From contig OZ244170.1 of assembly GCA_965216565.1 (NCBI GenBank), forward strand, positions 2,912,001-2,976,000: DNA of 64,000 nt, in the 5' to 3' direction. Numbering within the stretch: position 1 is the first letter of the stretch; each line of letters begins with the position of its first letter. Under the pieces are notes generated by a model, which was given only the letters and a program-made list of their open reading frames with translations, was not told the origin of the DNA and searched no databases. Position numbers and translations under genes: made by a program. Below are positions 50,290-64,000 of this stretch, piece by piece. This DNA comes from Bythopirellula sp. (GTDB lineage: Bacteria > Planctomycetota > Planctomycetia > Pirellulales > Lacipirellulaceae).

Positions 50290-50434
50290 TGAACCACAAA
50301 GTCTCGAAGGACACGAAGAGCGTCAGAAAGGTAGACCAACCGAATGGATTAGCTTAGTCAATTATTTCCTATGGATCGTAATCTTCTAGCTTAAGAATCC
50401 TTTTTCCTGGTACTCTTTGTGTCTTCGTGGTTCA
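50290..50434. repeat. Inverted short-repeat element (AACCACAAAG..CACGAAG-type)
   Basis: TGAACCACAAAGTCTCGAAGGACACGAAG and CTTTGTGTCTTCGTGGTTCA. Confidence 0.7.
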
Positions 50435-50782
50435 AATCTCGTCTTTGGAATCTGCAGTGAGAATAAGTAGCCTTTCGCGCACGAGCATTCCTAGCGAGGC
50501 CAGCATCACAACGCCCACCACCGTAGCTAGCGGGACCAGGCGAATCTTGATCTGCCCCGGTTTGGAATAGTCAGGCGCGTCCTGGACAGTTTTCTTTCCG
50601 GTAGCGTCTTCCTCGACATCGATGCCGGCAATCACCGCTTCGTGTGCCTGGCCCTTGCGCTCGATTTGCGCCTGACGATCGCCAAACTTCCCACCGGTCG
50701 CAAGCAAAGTTGCCAACCCTACCGCCGAGAAGAGCGAAAACCACAGCCAGGGCGAATCGGTGATGGGAGCTTCTTTTGCCAT
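50432..50782 (-). CDS. Small two-TM membrane protein
   Basis: PITDSPWLW, two hydrophobic helices. Confidence 0.6.
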   Translation of the reverse strand: MAKEAPITDSPWLWFSLFSAVGLATLLATGGKFGDRQAQIERKGQAHEAVIAGIDVEEDATGKKTVQDAPDYSKPGQIKIRLVPLATVVGVVMLASLGMLVRERLLILTADSKDEI

Positions 50783-50794
50783 CGAGGGGATCCG

Positions 50795-51889
50795 TTAGCT
50801 GGCTTCTTGATAGGTAGGCCAATCGGCATAGCCATCTTCGTCGAAAGAATACCACACACTCATCGGTGCGTCCTCGGCCAACGGCCAATTGTTGGCGAAT
50901 CGTTCAACCAAATCGGGATTGCTGATGTAGGGTCGACCGAAGGCAATCAAATCGGCAACGCCACTGGAAATAGCGGCTTCGGCCGTTTCCTGGGTGTAGC
51001 CCGTATTGCCGATGATCGGTCCCTGAAACACCTCGCGAAACTCGTTGAGCTTCATCGGTTCGCCCAACTCGTGAAAGCCGAACCCGAGTCCGTCCATCAC
51101 ATGCAGATACGCCAGCTTGGCGCTGTCGAGTTGCTTTGCGACATACGTGAACAACTCGCGATACTCGGGCGAGCCCATGTCGTTGTACGCTCCATTGGGT
51201 GACAGACGCACCCCAACGCGATGGTCAGGCCATTGGCCGCACACGGCTTCGACAACTTCACTTAACAAGCGATATCGATTTTCGATCGAACCTCCGTACT
51301 TGTCGTCGCGATGATTTGTCTTCGATTGCAAGAATTGATCAAGCAAATAGCCATTAGCACTGTGAATCTCCACGCCATCAAATCCGGCGGATTTTGCCCG
51401 GGCGGCAGCCTGGCCATAGTCCTTCACCACATCGGCGACTTCGTCGGTTTCCAAAGCCCGCGGGACTTCATGGTCTTTTTTGCCCTCCGGCGTATGTACC
51501 TTGTCGCCTTCGATTTTGATCGCAGAGGGCGCGACGGGCAGATCGCCATTGTGGAAGTCACTATGCGAGGCGCGTCCGCAGTGCCACAGTTGGAGAAACA
51601 TTTTTCCACCCGCCTGATGCACCTCGTCGACGACTTGCTTCCAACCTTCCTCTTGTTCGTCGTTGTAAATCCCAGCCGATTGCTGCCAACCAATTGCCTG
51701 CTGAGAAATAACGGTCGCCTCGGTGAGAATCAGGGCTGATGACGCCCGTTTCGAATAGTACTTTGCCATGAGCTCATTGGGCACACGCGACTTACCTGCC
51801 CGAGCCCGTGTCATTGGGGCCATGACAATCCGATTCGGCAATTCCAAACCATGCAAATTAAAGGGACTCAAAAGCGCAGCGGCACCCAT
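50795..51889 (-). CDS. nemA: Old yellow enzyme family alkene reductase (NemA-like)
   Basis: NRIVMAPMTR, QLWHCGR, GFDGVEIHSANGYLLDQF, FGRPYISNPDL. Confidence 0.9.
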   Translation of the reverse strand: MGAAALLSPFNLHGLELPNRIVMAPMTRARAGKSRVPNELMAKYYSKRASSALILTEATVISQQAIGWQQSAGIYNDEQEEGWKQVVDEVHQAGGKMFLQLWHCGRASHSDFHNGDLPVAPSAIKIEGDKVHTPEGKKDHEVPRALETDEVADVVKDYGQAAARAKSAGFDGVEIHSANGYLLDQFLQSKTNHRDDKYGGSIENRYRLLSEVVEAVCGQWPDHRVGVRLSPNGAYNDMGSPEYRELFTYVAKQLDSAKLAYLHVMDGLGFGFHELGEPMKLNEFREVFQGPIIGNTGYTQETAEAAISSGVADLIAFGRPYISNPDLVERFANNWPLAEDAPMSVWYSFDEDGYADWPTYQEAS

Positions 51890-52089
51890 GCTCTTCTCCT
51901 AAAAATAAAGTTATCCGCCTAAATTGCTTGCCAATAATCGGTATTGCTTAACCGTGGAGACTCGGAGGAACTAGGAATTCAAAGTCTAAATGGCTGGGGC
52001 GACTAAGGCTTGGAATAGTCAGTTAGCCATCCAGTCATTGAGCTTTGGTTATTCCTTTTCCAACATCTCCATCGTGGTGTTATAGAAGC

Positions 52090-53508
<1,419 letters not shown>

Positions 53509-53528
53509 CTAAATAGCCGGACCGCCAC

Positions 53529-53596
53529 GCGGTCCGCCGTGGTGAGCGGTCCGCCGTGGTGAGCGGTCCGCCGTGGTGAGCGGTCCGCCGTGGTGG
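53529..53596 (+). repeat. Tandem repeat, 4 x 17 bp GCGGTCCGCCGTGGTGA
   Basis: Three perfect units plus one with a terminal A>G; no spacers. Confidence 0.92.
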
Positions 53597-53752
53597 GCGG
53601 CCCGACGCACTTCGGAGGCAAGTGTGCCTCCGGCTAAGGAGTGAGCTTCGAGTATCGCCTCACATCCTCGCAATGGGTTGCGATTCCGCACTGGCTGATT
53701 CAAAATGACCTATCGATTCGCATTCCTTCTGTCTTCTGAAAGGTACACACCT

Positions 53753-54454
53753 GTGAACTCTCGACTGCGTATTGCCTTGGCCCTCGTTCTAACGCTTCTC
53801 TCAACTTCCCCTCTCTTCGCGGTCGAAAAAGATGCCTTCCGCAGCCTCTTCGATGGAGAATCGCTGGAGGGCTGGGTGCAACGCGGTGGCGAGGCGAAAT
53901 ACAAGGTAGAAGACGGAGCGATCGTCGGCACCTCGGTGAAAGGCACCCCCAACTCGTTTCTATGCACGAAGCGGGACTACGCAGACTTTATTCTCGAGGT
54001 GGAACTCAAGGTCGATAACGAATTGAACTCCGGAATTCAAATCCGTAGCCACATGCACGACAAAGAGACAAAATATAAAGAAAAGAAAATCCCGGCTGGT
54101 CGCGTGCATGGGTACCAAGTTGAAATCGACCCCAGCGATCGATCTTTCTCTGGTGGTATTTACGACGAAGCCCGACGGGGCTGGTTGTACGATCTCAAGG
54201 GAGACAAGCACCAAGCGGCCCGTGCGGCTTTTAGGCGAGACGCGTGGAACAAGTATCGCATCGAAGCGCGTGGCAATAATATCAAGACTTGGATCAATGG
54301 GGTGCCCGTCGCCGATTTGACTGACGATGTGGATGACAGTGGTTTCATTGCCCTGCAGGTACACAGCGTTGCTGACGAATTGGCCGGCAAGCAAGTTCGC
54401 TGGCGTAACATCCGCATCCGCGAACTTGAGGCTGCGTCCGGACGCAAGCCTTAG
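53753..54454 (+). CDS. DUF1080 (3-keto-disaccharide hydrolase-like) secreted protein
   Basis: [45 protein letters not shown]. Confidence 0.9.
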   Translation: MNSRLRIALALVLTLLSTSPLFAVEKDAFRSLFDGESLEGWVQRGGEAKYKVEDGAIVGTSVKGTPNSFLCTKRDYADFILEVELKVDNELNSGIQIRSHMHDKETKYKEKKIPAGRVHGYQVEIDPSDRSFSGGIYDEARRGWLYDLKGDKHQAARAAFRRDAWNKYRIEARGNNIKTWINGVPVADLTDDVDDSGFIALQVHSVADELAGKQVRWRNIRIRELEAASGRKP

Positions 54455-55572
54455 ACTCGGCTAAGCTTGGTAACCCGCCCCGCGTGGACCCACTCGGCAA
54501 CGAAGATATTGCCTTCGGTGTCGAAACAGGCATCGTGCGGGTGGATGAACTTGCCATCTTGCCACTTCGATTCGTCTTCGCGAATCTGATAACGCTTTCC
54601 TTCTGCGTTTGCATCGGCCTGAATTCGCTGGCTATCGTCGCCAAGATGCGCGATCACATTATTCTCGCCATCCAGCAGCGTGACGCGGCCCACTAGATCG
54701 GGAACCAACATCACCTCACCAGAAACATCAATATTCGCCGGCAGTAAAAAGCCATCGAGTGTCTGCCGATGCTCCCCCGCCATGGTAAACCATTGCAACC
54801 GGGCATTCGCGCGATCGGCTACGACCACCAGCGGCTCTGATTTCTTGCGGTCGTCGATCCAAATTCCGTGCGGGAGGTTGAACTTTCCATCTTCATTTTC
54901 TTCGCTACTCGTGCTGCCAAACTTCTCAACCCAATTGGCATCTTTGTCGTATCGGTGAACGCAGAACGCACCGTATCCGTCTGCCAAGTAAAAACCGCCA
55001 TCAGGATGGAACGCAATGTTGGTGGGCATAAAACGATCGCGTCCCCACGGATTGTCGTCTCGTCCGCGAGGATACTTGTCTTCCCCATCCACATAGAGCC
55101 CCGTATGCATGGGAGCGCCCTTGCGCCACACCTGCTCGCCTTTTACGTTGAGCTTGGCGATCGATCTTTGCTGATGGTACAGACAGAGGTAGAGAAAGTC
55201 CTCTCCGTCTTCGTTACGAATTTCGATGCCGTGGCCGCCACCCTGGAATTCCTTGCCGAAGGAGCGGACATAGTTTCCGTCTGGGTCGAAGACGAAAATC
55301 GAGGGATGATCTTTCTGGTCGAAGCGGCCTTCGTGAATGACGTAGAGTAGGCCTTCGCTATCGAATGCAACGTTGTGTGTGGTTTGCCAAGTAAACTCCG
55401 CCGGCAGCTTCGGCCACCTGTGCTCGACTTGGTATTGGTGATCGCCCGTGCCGACGTGGGTGGCAGAATCTGTCTTGCTAGCGGTCGCAATCGCCGGGGC
55501 ACAAACTACGGACGCGGATACTGCTGCGGCTGACTTAACGAACTGACGACGCGTTTGAGACTTCTTGCTCAT
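54451..55572 (-). CDS. Tat-exported NHL-repeat beta-propeller (PAL-like)
   Basis: TRRQFVK twin-arginine signal; [31 protein letters not shown]. Confidence 0.85.
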   Translation of the reverse strand: MSKKSQTRRQFVKSAAAVSASVVCAPAIATASKTDSATHVGTGDHQYQVEHRWPKLPAEFTWQTTHNVAFDSEGLLYVIHEGRFDQKDHPSIFVFDPDGNYVRSFGKEFQGGGHGIEIRNEDGEDFLYLCLYHQQRSIAKLNVKGEQVWRKGAPMHTGLYVDGEDKYPRGRDDNPWGRDRFMPTNIAFHPDGGFYLADGYGAFCVHRYDKDANWVEKFGSTSSEENEDGKFNLPHGIWIDDRKKSEPLVVVADRANARLQWFTMAGEHRQTLDGFLLPANIDVSGEVMLVPDLVGRVTLLDGENNVIAHLGDDSQRIQADANAEGKRYQIREDESKWQDGKFIHPHDACFDTEGNIFVAEWVHAGRVTKLSRV

Positions 55573-55702
55573 AAGTGAAAGTCCACCCTGGGCCGATGAG
55601 TGAGGAGAGATTGAAAACGACCAGCACTGTGTATTGCTTTTTTACTATATCGTTTTTTCAATGGGCGCCGACCCTATAGAGGAATTCGATTGCTGTATCG
55701 AA

Positions 55703-58700
55703 TCAAGATTGGGCCAGCTTACCCGTGGCCGCCAGCCCCTGCTTCACCGATTCCAGCCATTCTTCGGTGGGAGCCTGATAGGGGCGGAATTTTACCTGGG
55801 TCCCTTGGTCGTCGCGATAGAGAATCGCGCGGTGCTCGCCTAAGCGGCCCGCAGCCGGCGAATCGATCAACGTCGTAGAATCAGCTGGGCTCATCTGCAG
55901 TGCTACGCGGAAGTCAATTTCGCGAAGCGTCAATCGATCGATACAGCGTGTGAGACTGTTATACGAGTCGGCCCACACGAACACATGAATCCCAACACCA
56001 GGACCCTCGCGCAGTAGTTCGCGAAACTGTTTGTCGAGCGCAGGGGTATCGCCATTGGTGCCTCTCTTGGAGAAACCGAAATCGTCTTCCTTCATTCGCA
56101 GATCTCGAAACTGAGCCAGATCATGCAGGATCAATACCTGCTTGGGTGCCACCTCATCGGGAGCCTCGGTTCGCTTTTTCAACTCAGCCGATAGCGAGCT
56201 AATTACATGCTTAGCATCTTGCGGACCGTTGACCTCGACACTAGCCCCTAGTGCCTCGGCAACCCGGGCCCAAGTTTTCAGATATTGCGATTCTGGTCGC
56301 GAACCATCGAGCACAGAAATCTGCGGCGAAGAACTCTGATGTTGGTCCTTTCGCTGAGCCACGAGAGCAGTCGCTGCTGTGCAGAATATCCCTAACACCA
56401 GGGCTTCGTCTTGCCCCACTACAAGCAGATTGTTCCCACCCTGGCGGCGTAGTACCAGGTTCGTCGGCGGACCGATTCGCACAGCCGAGCCCAGCCAGAT
56501 TGTTGGTTCGACAACTTCAGATGTATCCTGACTGGCAACCGCAGCCACAAGCGATCCGTTACCCTTCGGATCAGCAGGCACATTGCCTTCAAAAACAATG
56601 GCCGGTTCCTCTTTGTACCCCAGTTGCGGAAGCTGTTCGCGCAATCCAGCCAAATAAACTTGCCGTTGCTCATCGCTCAGCCAAACGACTTGGAACAAGC
56701 TATTACCTTCCACCATCCCATTTTGATCGTTGTAGATCGCTTCGCCGGGACGGCTAAGCAATCGAGCGGCGATATTGTCGTCGCTCAGAATCAGATGAGC
56801 GTCGGCCTCGCTGCATTGCAATGCGATCCGCACAGCCATTTGTCCTAATGTGCTGCGGGCCAGCGAATAAGCACCTGCAAGTGTTTGCGAACCCAAGATC
56901 ACGTGGATGCCAAAAGCTCGACCTTGCCGCACTAGCCGATCCAATAGTAAGGCAGAATCCTGGGCCAGCTTGTCGTCAACGACAAACAGTTCTTGAAATT
57001 CATCGATGATCAAGACAACACGCGGCATCGGCTCTGAGGAGGCTTTGCGCATACCCGCCAAATCCTGGACGCCGTGTTCGCGAAATATCTCGCCGCGGCG
57101 GCGCAGTTCGTCGTCGAGTCGCTCCAGAACGCTCACGCCAAATTCGCGCTCACTCTCCACGGCAATCACACGAGCATGGGGCAATTCGCCCGTAGCATAC
57201 GCCTTGAATTCAACACCCTTTTTGAAGTCGACGAGGTATAGTTCCAATTCCAAGGGGCTATAGTGCAACGCCGCGTTGGTAATGAAAGCATGCAAGAGCG
57301 TCGACTTACCAGAACCCGTTTTCCCAGAAATCAACAAGTGCTGAGAAGTACCACGACCGAGCCGCACCGTCTGTAGTTCATGGGCCCCTGCCCTACCAAT
57401 GGGCACCACCAGTTCGTGAGCTGTGCTACCAGACCAAATGTCTTCTTCTTTGGGTGCGACAACTTCAAATGGCACCTCCACCCGACTAGCCTCACGCGAT
57501 TCCTGCGCAACATGGTGCAATAGTTCGGTGAGCTTCTCCCTGGGTGGCAAAACATCGAGCTGAAGTGGCAGCTTTTCGTAGAGCGGGTAGTTCCAAACCA
57601 ATCGGTCGTTGGCATAGTGCAGGTGGACCGAATCTTGCAGCAGATCCTCTGCCTGGAAATCGCCAGGAAGCTTAGCCCCAGAATCGATGCTCATCAGCGT
57701 GTACACCCCACACCGAGGCCCCGTCTTTGCGATCGTCTTGATCTTTCGCAAGGCCGAATCGCTGAGCCCCGCTGGGAAGTTGGCCACCACCAACACATGG
57801 TAGGGCTCCGCCACTTCGCCAGCCTGCTCGTTGTAGGCTTCCAGTGATTCGAATTCATTCCGCAAATACTTCTGCAATACCTTTTCCAAGTGGTCCGACA
57901 ACACGCCGAGACGCTCGTCAATTTGACGCGAGTCGGTCAGAATTCGACCACCGACGAGTTGTTCGTCAAAATCAGCAAGATGCATAAACGTGGCGAAGTT
58001 CTCGCCTAGGGCAGAAGGATCGATAATGGTGAATCGTAAACGTCCCGCTGGAATCGTGGTGAGGAAGCGTAACATCATCGACTGCAACACACCGACTGCC
58101 GCGGTGCGACCTGCTCCCGCAGTAGTGATCACCATGGAAGGATGCTCACTGAAATTCATCAGGGCGGGAAACTTCAGCTCTGTCTGCTGAGGCACCAGGC
58201 GAGTATCTTCCGACAGTCCCTGTTTGACGGCTGAAAGTGGTAAGCTGTAACTACCAAACTGCATGGCGGGCGGTTTCTGTGTGGGCCTCGTCCAATCGTG
58301 CCACTCGGTGGTTTGCCAGTTGGGGAATAGTTGATTGCAAGACTCTTCGATCTCGCTAAGCTCTGCGACCACCCGATTGAAACCCTCGTGCCAGGTGTCG
58401 GCCATCGATTGCCAGCCGGATTCGTAGCTTTTCTGGGCTTGGGTGATTCTGGCTTGATAGTCGGCTTCGATTTTCTCCAAACCCGTTTTGCATTTGGCTG
58501 CTAAGTTATCCAACTGCGGTGGGTACTTTTCGTCGGCCTCATGCTGAGCGGATGTGCTCTCTTGCTCAGCCTTGTCGATCGTCTCTTGTTTCTCGCGCTC
58601 CGCCAATTCGAGATGCATTTTGGTTTGTTCTTCGAGTGCAGACAAATCGCTCAGGCGTTGTTGTTCGGCCGCCTCCACCTCTTGATCTCTCTGAGCAACC

Positions 58701-59659
58701 AACGCTTCCGATTCCTCATCGCAATGCGTTTGAGCAATGTCCTGGGCAGTTGCCTCCCATTCGTTCGCACGTTCCAGCAATACTCGAATTAGGCCGTACT
58801 GTTCGAGCGATTCCCTTCGCACCCGATCCATGAATAGCCAATACCCAACCGCCGTGAGTGCCCCTCCTGCAGCGATAACCACTAGTGGAGCCCACCAAGT
58901 CAGCCCTAACAAAGGAAGACCTATGATGCCGCAGAGTATGGCCGCCCCCAGCCACCAGAGCGCCCAACGAGAACTTTCGAGCATCAAAGATGGCAAGAGC
59001 TGTGCTTGCATCTCGAGCACTCCGCGATGGGCCTGATCGATGGCTGAGTGAAGTCGGCTCTCGGCGGGCACTTCAGATGTGAGCTGCTCAGAACCCTCCA
59101 CTTCAGAGGGCAATACGGGGTCGAACTCGAACGACTCAGCCAAGTTGCTAAGCTTTCGCATTGCCAGCAAGGTGTCGGCATCGCGAAGTAGTCCCTCAAT
59201 GCGAGAATGGTGGGCGTTTAACCGTTGCCGCGTTTCGTGAAGAGCCATTCCCGGCAAGTCTTTCCCCGCATCATAAACGGCCAGCGCCTGCCATTCACTC
59301 TCCTTCTTACGCCGATCAATTTCCAGAGTTTTTTTCTTCTGAGCTGTTTCGAGGTTGCGGCGTTGTTCGTCGTAAGCCAGTTCCGCCTCGTTCAAGGTCT
59401 TCCGCAACTTGTCCTGAGCCTGCAACTTCGACTGACTATAGAGATTCTCCAATTCACGTCGCCACAATGAATTCTCCTTCACAAACTCATCGACTGAGGT
59501 TTGGCGCTCTTGGTCTGCTTGGGACAGCTCGCGTTCTAGAGATTCCGCCAGATCCTTTTCTCTCGCGGCGCGAGTATCGGCCAGCTGCTGCAATTGCTGC
59601 ATCAGTTCTAGCTGTCGTCGTGTCGATAGTTTTGGGGAATCGGTCAACGGAGATCTCAA
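55703..59659 (-). CDS. Membrane-anchored FtsK/SpoIIIE-domain ATPase (EccC/EssC-like)
   Basis: Coiled coils, two TM helices, three RecA-like domains; the middle one has GKTGSGKS, DFKKGVEF, IDEFQ, RQGRAFGIH. Confidence 0.88.
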   Translation of the reverse strand: MRSPLTDSPKLSTRRQLELMQQLQQLADTRAAREKDLAESLERELSQADQERQTSVDEFVKENSLWRRELENLYSQSKLQAQDKLRKTLNEAELAYDEQRRNLETAQKKKTLEIDRRKKESEWQALAVYDAGKDLPGMALHETRQRLNAHHSRIEGLLRDADTLLAMRKLSNLAESFEFDPVLPSEVEGSEQLTSEVPAESRLHSAIDQAHRGVLEMQAQLLPSLMLESSRWALWWLGAAILCGIIGLPLLGLTWWAPLVVIAAGGALTAVGYWLFMDRVRRESLEQYGLIRVLLERANEWEATAQDIAQTHCDEESEALVAQRDQEVEAAEQQRLSDLSALEEQTKMHLELAEREKQETIDKAEQESTSAQHEADEKYPPQLDNLAAKCKTGLEKIEADYQARITQAQKSYESGWQSMADTWHEGFNRVVAELSEIEESCNQLFPNWQTTEWHDWTRPTQKPPAMQFGSYSLPLSAVKQGLSEDTRLVPQQTELKFPALMNFSEHPSMVITTAGAGRTAAVGVLQSMMLRFLTTIPAGRLRFTIIDPSALGENFATFMHLADFDEQLVGGRILTDSRQIDERLGVLSDHLEKVLQKYLRNEFESLEAYNEQAGEVAEPYHVLVVANFPAGLSDSALRKIKTIAKTGPRCGVYTLMSIDSGAKLPGDFQAEDLLQDSVHLHYANDRLVWNYPLYEKLPLQLDVLPPREKLTELLHHVAQESREASRVEVPFEVVAPKEEDIWSGSTAHELVVPIGRAGAHELQTVRLGRGTSQHLLISGKTGSGKSTLLHAFITNAALHYSPLELELYLVDFKKGVEFKAYATGELPHARVIAVESEREFGVSVLERLDDELRRRGEIFREHGVQDLAGMRKASSEPMPRVVLIIDEFQELFVVDDKLAQDSALLLDRLVRQGRAFGIHVILGSQTLAGAYSLARSTLGQMAVRIALQCSEADAHLILSDDNIAARLLSRPGEAIYNDQNGMVEGNSLFQVVWLSDEQRQVYLAGLREQLPQLGYKEEPAIVFEGNVPADPKGNGSLVAAVASQDTSEVVEPTIWLGSAVRIGPPTNLVLRRQGGNNLLVVGQDEALVLGIFCTAATALVAQRKDQHQSSSPQISVLDGSRPESQYLKTWARVAEALGASVEVNGPQDAKHVISSLSAELKKRTEAPDEVAPKQVLILHDLAQFRDLRMKEDDFGFSKRGTNGDTPALDKQFRELLREGPGVGIHVFVWADSYNSLTRCIDRLTLREIDFRVALQMSPADSTTLIDSPAAGRLGEHRAILYRDDQGTQVKFRPYQAPTEEWLESVKQGLAATGKLAQS

Positions 59660-59667
59660 GAAAACAA

Positions 59668-59892
59668 TTAACTTTCACAGTCGCGGTAAACGTGATCCAG
59701 CAATTGTTGCATACGGGCAACCGCCTCCTGCGTCTTCTTAATTGCCGGTCCCATGGGTTCTAAATAGGTTTCGCAAAAACTTTGGCTCACAGAATCTTCC
59801 CAATGATCGCCCGTATCGCGCCAAGCCATTTGCAACTCTTCCAGCGCATCGCGTAGTTGAGCGCTGCTAGTTTCCAGGTCCCATTTTCTCAT
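59668..59892 (-). CDS. Small WXG100-like protein (WxD)
   Basis: 74-aa helix-turn-helix with central HWED; C-terminal YRDCE; ends 8 nt before the ATPase start. Confidence 0.75.
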   Translation of the reverse strand: MRKWDLETSSAQLRDALEELQMAWRDTGDHWEDSVSQSFCETYLEPMGPAIKKTQEAVARMQQLLDHVYRDCES

Positions 59893-60116
59893 TTCGTAAT
59901 TCCAACAAAATTAACTAGCAGCCCACAGCGATTCGGCATGTGTCACGATGTTCAGACTTTCTTCGTGCAACTCCTTCGCCTCGATGGAGAGAGAGCTGCG
60001 AGTGTTCGCACTCACACAAGTTTCTTATATCAATTGGGGCTAATCTTTCTGTTTCTCTGGCAAATTTCTGGCATCACCACTCTCGCTAGCAGAATTAGCC
60101 GCAGGACGGTTGTCTG

Positions 60117-60605
60117 CTAGGGGCGGTTTTCAATTTTATAGTTGTCGAGCGCGCGAACAATCTTCTTCAGTCGACCTTTTGCTTGTGGCATTTCTTCCTC
60201 GAGAAGTTGCCTCAACACGGAGAGGCGACCTTCGAACTCGAATAGTTCGTGACTCAATTCTCGCCGCCAACGTTTCACCAACTCAGTCTTGTCTTCGCAA
60301 TAACCGAGACGCGTCTGCGCTTTTTTCAATAGCTCGCGCTCTTCACGGCAGGAGGGGCGTTCATCGACCACCGGATACATGAGACACCGATTCAGATCGA
60401 CTTTCGCCTGATGCACTTGCTCAGAAGCCAAGCGAACTTGTTCTTTCCAGTGCGGAGGCCGATCTGAGCGCAACCAATCGTCAGCCTTGCGAACTTCGCC
60501 AGCAAGTGTCTCCAGAGCATCTTTGGCTCGCTGCTCGAAACGCGCGATTGCCACCTGGAAAGACTCTATCGCATCGATTGATCTGACTTGAGCCGATTCA
60601 CTCAT
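60117..60605 (-). CDS. All-helical protein of the T7SS-like locus
   Basis: MSESAQVRSIDAI; coiled-coil pattern; flanked by WXG100-like genes. Confidence 0.7.
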   Translation of the reverse strand: MSESAQVRSIDAIESFQVAIARFEQRAKDALETLAGEVRKADDWLRSDRPPHWKEQVRLASEQVHQAKVDLNRCLMYPVVDERPSCREERELLKKAQTRLGYCEDKTELVKRWRRELSHELFEFEGRLSVLRQLLEEEMPQAKGRLKKIVRALDNYKIENRP

Positions 60606-60656
60606 GCGATGATGTCCACGTAAGGAAGAAATTCTCTGTTTGCTGACTGCGACCAA

Positions 60657-60929
60657 TCACTTCTGCTGCAAGTACTCTTCAATCCGCTCTGCTTTGCGGA
60701 GCAAGAATGGCCCGTACTCTTTCGATTCCTCCATCGATCGGGCGATTAGCTTGAGGTGGTGCTCAAACTGTTCGACAAATTTTGCGTGCTCTTGATCGCG
60801 CCACGTTCCATTTAGATTATGCATCTGATTGGCCAGCGTGGACAAACGCTCTTCCAACTCGCTATTGAATGTGCTTAGCTGATGCGCAAATCGCCTGAGT
60901 TCAGCAGGATCGACTACTGCTTGTGACAT
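60657..60929 (-). CDS. WXG100 family protein (WxD variant)
   Basis: 90 aa, VDPAELRRFA N-terminus, central TWRD, amphipathic helices; GAGG upstream. Confidence 0.85.
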   Translation of the reverse strand: MSQAVVDPAELRRFAHQLSTFNSELEERLSTLANQMHNLNGTWRDQEHAKFVEQFEHHLKLIARSMEESKEYGPFLLRKAERIEEYLQQK

Positions 60930-61224
60930 AACGTGCCTCTCGAGTCTTCTCCGTCATATTTAGCGCATTGCAGCGCCCGGAAAGTAATGTTCGAACTGTT
61001 CCCCAGCAATCGGCCTGATTCTCTTGGCCAAGCCGCTTCGCCACTCGAAATGAATCGCGGTCCCTGGAAGTGATAAGTAGGTAAAAGCGGCCCATGGCGT
61101 GCAAATCACCTATAATTCTATAGTATCTACGCTAGGGGGAAGCGTAAAGCAAACGCCGTAGAATACCCCCGGTTGCTCCTACTCTAGCGATTATACCTGC
61201 TGGCTTGCGAGCCTTTGCCCGACT

Positions 61225-64000
<2,776 letters not shown>

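Noticed and set aside
53529..53596. Possible CRISPR array
   Set aside because: The units are directly adjacent with no spacers, only 17 bp long, and no cas genes are present.

Overview
64 kb of chromosomal DNA, most likely from a planctomycete (Pirellulales-like), judged from gene families such as a BBP7-type barrel, DUF1080 and STN-like lipoproteins. Most of it is housekeeping: aroDE, mutL, pnp, rpsO, comEC, aroF, gdhA, ltaE, hisD/hisC, prc, proC, efpL/yeiP, ettA, guaA, surE, eno. Highlights: (1) An unannotated 27-aa leader peptide with 6 Phe, 2 Tyr and 1 Trp, plus alternative hairpins and a terminator, lies upstream of DAHP synthase. It looks like a ribosome-stalling attenuator that could sense all three aromatic amino acids. 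(2) A compact four-gene type VII secretion-like locus (two WXG100-like WxD proteins, a helical protein and a membrane-anchored FtsK/EccC-like ATPase) in a diderm organism. (3) A four-helix-bundle gene bracketed by inverted heptamer-repeat arms, an empty copy of that element, and many other inverted short-repeat and REP-like intergenic elements. (4) A FAAL-ACP-oxoamine synthase fusion, a SelA-like protein lacking the PLP lysine, a CxxH-type ferredoxin and a histone H1-like protein. No rRNA, tRNA, CRISPR array, integrase or transposase was recognised. All family calls come from motif recognition by eye, not database searches.
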